21,934 nt of DNA, from positions 1 through 21,934 of the forward strand of contig NZ_JHXR01000031.1 in NCBI RefSeq assembly GCF_000621645.1, given 5' to 3'. Positions 18,033-21,934 of the stretch are shown one piece after another. The position numbers were made by a program, and so were the translations under genes. The notes under the pieces are model-generated. The model saw only the letters and a list, made by a program, of their open reading frames with translations, made no database searches and had not been told where the DNA came from. Origin of the DNA: Vibrio cholerae ATCC 14035. Lineage in GTDB: Bacteria; Pseudomonadota; Gammaproteobacteria; Enterobacterales; Vibrionaceae. Within the stretch, counting starts at the first letter, position 1; every line of letters starts with the position of its first letter.

Positions 18033-19640
18033 TTAGTAGCGAGCCACCAAACTGACATTGTTAAACTCAGTGGTGCCATAGAGTGTAATGAAGTGGCGAC
18101 CTTCTCGGGTATTCGGGAAGGTACAAACTTCATTATTGCCGTTGCGATAAGATGCGCAATCCCAAGCAAACGGTTCTGGCTCAATACCTAGACGAACATA
18201 GAGATCAAGATTACCCGTACCTCCGTTGGTCTCGATACTCAAGCGACGACCTGCAGGCACATCAATATAGAATTTTTTCAATTCACCTTGCTTGCCACTG
18301 ATGCCTGTAACCACTTTACCATTAGTCAATTGGCTGTCAGGCTGCGGTTGTGGCTCTGGTTGCGGATTTGGCTCAGGATTCGGAGTGGTATTGTTATCGG
18401 TCAAACTATACAGCAGCTTATTTGGTGTTCCTTGAGTGTCGCTGACTTTGCCTTTGGTTGATCGGTCGCTAAGCAGCGTTTTGATTTGATTCGGAGAGAG
18501 GTTCTTATTCTCTTGTAAGTACAAGGCTGCGACACCAGCTACATGGGGTGAGGCCATAGACGTACCACTCATAGTCGTCGTGCCACCTTTATGCGACGCC
18601 GAAGTGACGTCAGATCCTGGTGCGAAGATCTGTACACAATTACCCCAGTTCGAGAAGTTAGAGCGACCATCATTATTGGTCGTTGAACCTACAGTGATAC
18701 CACTTGGTTCACGTGCAGGGGATACTTGGCAAGCATCTTTATTATCGTTACCAGCAGCAATGACCGCCGTGACTCCTCTTTGGACGAGTCGAGCCACTGC
18801 TTGATCCATCGCCTGAGATATCCCTCCCCCTAAACTCAAATTGGCAACAGAAGGGCCGGACGCGTTTTGAGCCACCCAGTCAATACCACGGGCGATCGCT
18901 TCAGTTGAACCACTACCATCACATCCCAGCACTCGCACACCAACTAAGTTAACGTTTTTAGCTACACCGTATTGAGCGCCCCCGATAGTGCCTGCCACAT
19001 GTGTACCGTGGCCTTGGCAGTCACTGGCATCATTATCGTTATCGATAAAGTCATAGCCGGATTTTGCTCGTCCACCAAATTCAGGATGGTTGAAAGCAAT
19101 ACCGGTATCGATCACATAAGCGGTAACGCCACTGCCATCATAGTTGTAGTTATAACTACGATTGAGCGGTAGATCGCGCTGATCGATGCGGTCGATTCCC
19201 CAGGTTACGTTATCTTGAGCCGCATTTGCTGATGCAGAGATGATCGGATTAACCGTAATAATTTGGTTTTGCTCGATATAGTCGACGTTAGGATCGGCAC
19301 GAAGAGCTTGTAGTTGCTCAGCCGTTAGCTCTGCAGAAAAACCGCTTAACGCACTATCAAAAACATTTTTGATTTCGAGTGCATGCTTATTGGCTAATGC
19401 ATTGACAGATCGTTGAGTAAATTGTTGGAAAGCTTGCAAATCATTACTCATGATTGTCGTTGGTTGCTTGAGTACAACAATGTATTGATTTTTAATGCCT
19501 TTCCCTGAAGCGGCTTTCATCAATGGTGCTAATTGTTGAGGAGATGATTTGCCAACAAGCTGATTGGGTTGGGCAAGTGCTGAGGTTGCTGCGACGGAAA
19601 ACGTCGAAACAATGCATAAGCTTAAAAACTTTTTAAACAT
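18033..19640 (-). CDS. Secreted subtilisin/proteinase K-like (S8) serine protease with an N-terminal propeptide and a C-terminal pre-peptidase-type domain
   Basis: Catalytic triad contexts AYVIDTGI, HGTHVAGT and GTSMASPHVAG. Signal peptide MFKKFLSLCIVSTFSVAATSALA. ATG 19640 has AAGGAA upstream; the track's longer start at 19748 is unlikely. A Pro-rich linker precedes the C-terminal beta domain. Confidence 0.9.
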   Translation of the reverse strand: MFKKFLSLCIVSTFSVAATSALAQPNQLVGKSSPQQLAPLMKAASGKGIKNQYIVVLKQPTTIMSNDLQAFQQFTQRSVNALANKHALEIKNVFDSALSGFSAELTAEQLQALRADPNVDYIEQNQIITVNPIISASANAAQDNVTWGIDRIDQRDLPLNRSYNYNYDGSGVTAYVIDTGIAFNHPEFGGRAKSGYDFIDNDNDASDCQGHGTHVAGTIGGAQYGVAKNVNLVGVRVLGCDGSGSTEAIARGIDWVAQNASGPSVANLSLGGGISQAMDQAVARLVQRGVTAVIAAGNDNKDACQVSPAREPSGITVGSTTNNDGRSNFSNWGNCVQIFAPGSDVTSASHKGGTTTMSGTSMASPHVAGVAALYLQENKNLSPNQIKTLLSDRSTKGKVSDTQGTPNKLLYSLTDNNTTPNPEPNPQPEPQPQPDSQLTNGKVVTGISGKQGELKKFYIDVPAGRRLSIETNGGTGNLDLYVRLGIEPEPFAWDCASYRNGNNEVCTFPNTREGRHFITLYGTTEFNNVSLVARY

Positions 19641-20032
19641 GATAAGTTTCCTTAAAAAGTGAATAAAAATGGTTGGGTCGTGGCTCACAACAATCATGTT
19701 GAGCACACCAATAACGATCTCATCCTTGGATGAAAAGAAGTTATTCATGAAAACTACTTATGTTTCCACGTGGGGAGGTTAAGTTTGTATTGTTCGTTTT
19801 TTGTTCTTCTTTTGTAAGATTAATGACAGGAAAGAAAGGTTCTTCTTATTGATACATATAGAATTTTTACTCTAATGCTAATGTGGTTCAGGATTAAGAA
19901 TTGAAATGTTGGTAATGTGTCAAATAATGAATTTTGAATTAGATTTTTTAATGCTATATATCTGGGGTGGATTGCCTAATGTAGCAGCGAGAGTATGATT
20001 TCTCCGTTTTTTCTAGTTAGGTTGTCGCACTC

Positions 20033-20830
20033 GTGTCATCTCCATCTTTTCCTCGTGTTCTGATTTTCGATTCTGGTGTGGGTGGTCTTTCCGTATATCG
20101 AGAAATTGAAGCCCGCTTGCCGCAATTAAACTATATCTATCTGTTTGATAACGCGGCATATCCTTATGGTGAGCTGACCCAGGAAACACTGATCGCACGA
20201 GTTGATACGCTGGTTACTCGAATGGTTGAACAAGAGCGAATCGATCTTGTGGTCATCGCTTGTAATACCGCGAGCACCATAGTGTTACCCGTATTGCGCG
20301 CCAAACTCACGATACCTGTGGTCGGGGTTGTGCCTGCAATTAAACCCGCCTCCCTGATTGCTAGCAAGGCGATTGGGCTTATCGCGACGCCAGCCACAGT
20401 GAAACGGCAATACACTCAAGAACTGATCCGTGACTTTTCCGCCAACAAAAACGTTGAGCTATTGGGGTCTACACGCTTGGTTAATATGGCTGAAGAGAAA
20501 TTGCGTGGTAAGCCTCTCGATCTCGAAGAATTAGCCAGCATATTGCAACCCCTGAAGAACACGATTGATGTCGCCGTTTTAGGCTGTACTCACTTTCCCC
20601 TGATTAAAGAAGAGATCCAGCAAGTACTTGGAGAGCAAGTGCAACTGATTGATTCTGGTTTGGCCATTGCGCGCAGAGTGCAGGAGTTGCTGGGAATAGA
20701 GCAAGCGGTTGGTGCAAAGCAAAAGCATCGAATTTATGCAAGCGCACCACCATGGGAGGAAAGTGCGCTGAACATAAAGCTTGAACAGTTAGGTTTTAAT
20801 CCTGTTCAGCCATTTCTTCATCCGATTTAG
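20033..20830 (+). CDS. murI: Glutamate racemase
   Basis: [20 protein letters not shown] and LGCTHFPL (the two catalytic Cys motifs). GTG start. Confidence 0.9.
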
Positions 20831-21254
20831 GATCATTCGCAATGCGAACTTTTAACGTTCGCTGCATATATTCCTTTTCGTTGAGTGCATCAATGGCTGT
20901 TTGAGCTTGGCTTGCGGCTATCACCACAAATCCAAACCCTCGCCGTTTACCTGTTCGTTTGTCTTTCATTAAACGCACCGCAAAGACCTCGCCAAACTCG
21001 GCGAACAGCTCTTTAACGTGCGATTCATTGGCTTTATAGGGCAGATTGCCCACATAGAGTGTTTTCGTGGTGGAAGACGCCTCTTCATCTTCGCTTGATG
21101 AAAGAGTGGGGTGAGTAGAAAGTTTGCAAATTAAAGCCGTTGCAACCACACCAATTAGAAAAGCGAAAGAAGAGTGTAGAGTCAATTGCGATAAAATCCC
21201 GGCACCAATAACGGCAAGCAGGGCAATCCATAACATCGATTTGTCAGATTTCAT
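20796..21254 (-). CDS. RRM-type RNA-binding protein with a hydrophobic N-terminal extension
   Basis: RNP2 LYVGNL and RNP1 RGFGFV. The N-terminal ~50 aa contain two hydrophobic segments ([28 protein letters not shown]). Confidence 0.8.
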
Positions 21255-21451
21255 ATTGAATTACTACGCATCAGAGAGAAAGAAGATTCACGGTCTATCG
21301 ATGAATTAACAAAATAGACACAGGAATCTTACGTATATGCTTGATATTTTTCCAATCGAATGGTGTGACCCCCCTCAAATGTTGAAATTTTATTCGAAAA
21401 ACATTCCATTGTTGTCTTTTTGAGCGAACGATTTTATTTGTCAAAAAAAGC

Positions 21452-21479
21452 TTGTCATAAAACTCTGTCTCCCTATAAT
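21452..21479 (+). promoter_or_regulatory. rrn P1 promoter
   Basis: cTTGTCA, 16-nt spacer, TATAAT, GCGCC discriminator and an A/T-rich UP-like region upstream. Near-identical in layout to the recalled E. coli rrnB P1. Confidence 0.8.
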
Positions 21480-21555
21480 GCGCCCTCACTGACACGGCGT
21501 GAGATTCAAATCACAAAGTGAAAGCAAAAGAGAAGAAAAAGTTAGAAAATAACGT

Positions 21556-21583
21556 TTGACACTCAACTGAATAAGCGTAATAT
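21556..21583 (+). promoter_or_regulatory. rrn P2 promoter
   Basis: TTGACA, 16-nt spacer, TAATAT, about 100 bp downstream of P1. Confidence 0.6.
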
Positions 21584-21629
21584 ACGCAGCCCTAGCGAAT
21601 TGAGCTTAAAAGCGATTTCGATAGGAAAA

Positions 21630-21641
21630 GCTCTTTAACAA
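21630..21641 (+). promoter_or_regulatory. rrn leader boxA antitermination element
   Basis: GCTCTTTAACAA matches the boxA consensus TGCTCTTTAACAA. Confidence 0.75.
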
Positions 21642-21825
21642 TATAAACCAATCAATCTGTGTGGGCACTCGTTGATGATAATCAAAAAGATTTATCAATG
21701 AACTGAGTGACCATTTGAATGAGCAATCATTCAGCACAGTCAATTCAACATTACTTCGCTTTTTAATTAAGCAAAGAATGTAATCAGTATTCATTGAGCC
21801 GAAGCGAAAGCTTCAAAAAACTTTT

Positions 21826-21934
21826 AATTGAAGAGTTTGATCATGGCTCAGATTGAACGCTGGCGGCAGGCCTAACACATGCAAGTCGAGCGGCAGCACA
21901 GAGGAACTTGTTCCTTGGGTGGCGAGCGGCGGAC
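21826..21934 (+). rRNA. rrs: 16S rRNA, 5' end (continues beyond the window)
   Basis: AATTGAAGAGTTTGATCATGGCTCAGATTGAACGCTGGCGGCAGGCCTAACACATGCAAGTCGAGCGG is the canonical gammaproteobacterial 16S 5' end. Confidence 0.95.

Noticed and set aside
21295-21794. ORFs 21295..21495 and 21606..21794
   Set aside because: They lie over the rrn P1/P2 promoters, the boxA element and the 16S leader. This is non-coding regulatory DNA.

Overview
The window has two parts. (A) Positions 1 to about 15950 are an apparently AT-richer accessory defence island with many mobile-element scars. (B) Positions 15958-21934 are a conserved core block: btuB leader/riboswitch, btuB, secreted S8 protease, murI, RRM-type RNA-binding protein, rrn P1/P2 promoters and the 5' end of 16S rRNA. 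This is the btuB-murI-rrn synteny known from E. coli. From memory the 16S start and gene set look Vibrio (cholerae-like), which I cannot verify here. Island content, left to right: the right end of an IS3-family element truncating a STAND/AAA+-like NTPase gene; a SIR2-HerA pair; a convergent Gabija pair (gajA-gajB); a small wHTH antitoxin-like regulator; a HipA kinase operon with non-canonical partners (179-aa unknown protein upstream, 67-aa ORF downstream, divergent XRE repressor); and a type III (RNA antitoxin) TA-like locus whose toxin gene is split by an IS630-family element. After that come a decayed IS1-like transposase remnant, a 125-bp MITE sharing the IS630 element's ends, and a degraded second copy of the wHTH regulator. 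The most interesting item is the type III TA-like locus. Removing the IS and one TA duplication in silico rejoins two minus-strand ORFs in frame into a 305-309 aa protein, about twice the size I recall for ToxN/AbiQ-class toxins. Next are the HipA module lacking an adjacent co-oriented HipB, and a btuB cobalamin riboswitch whose 5' conserved core I cannot find next to the island junction. All family calls rest on motif recognition and recalled sequences; no searches were run.
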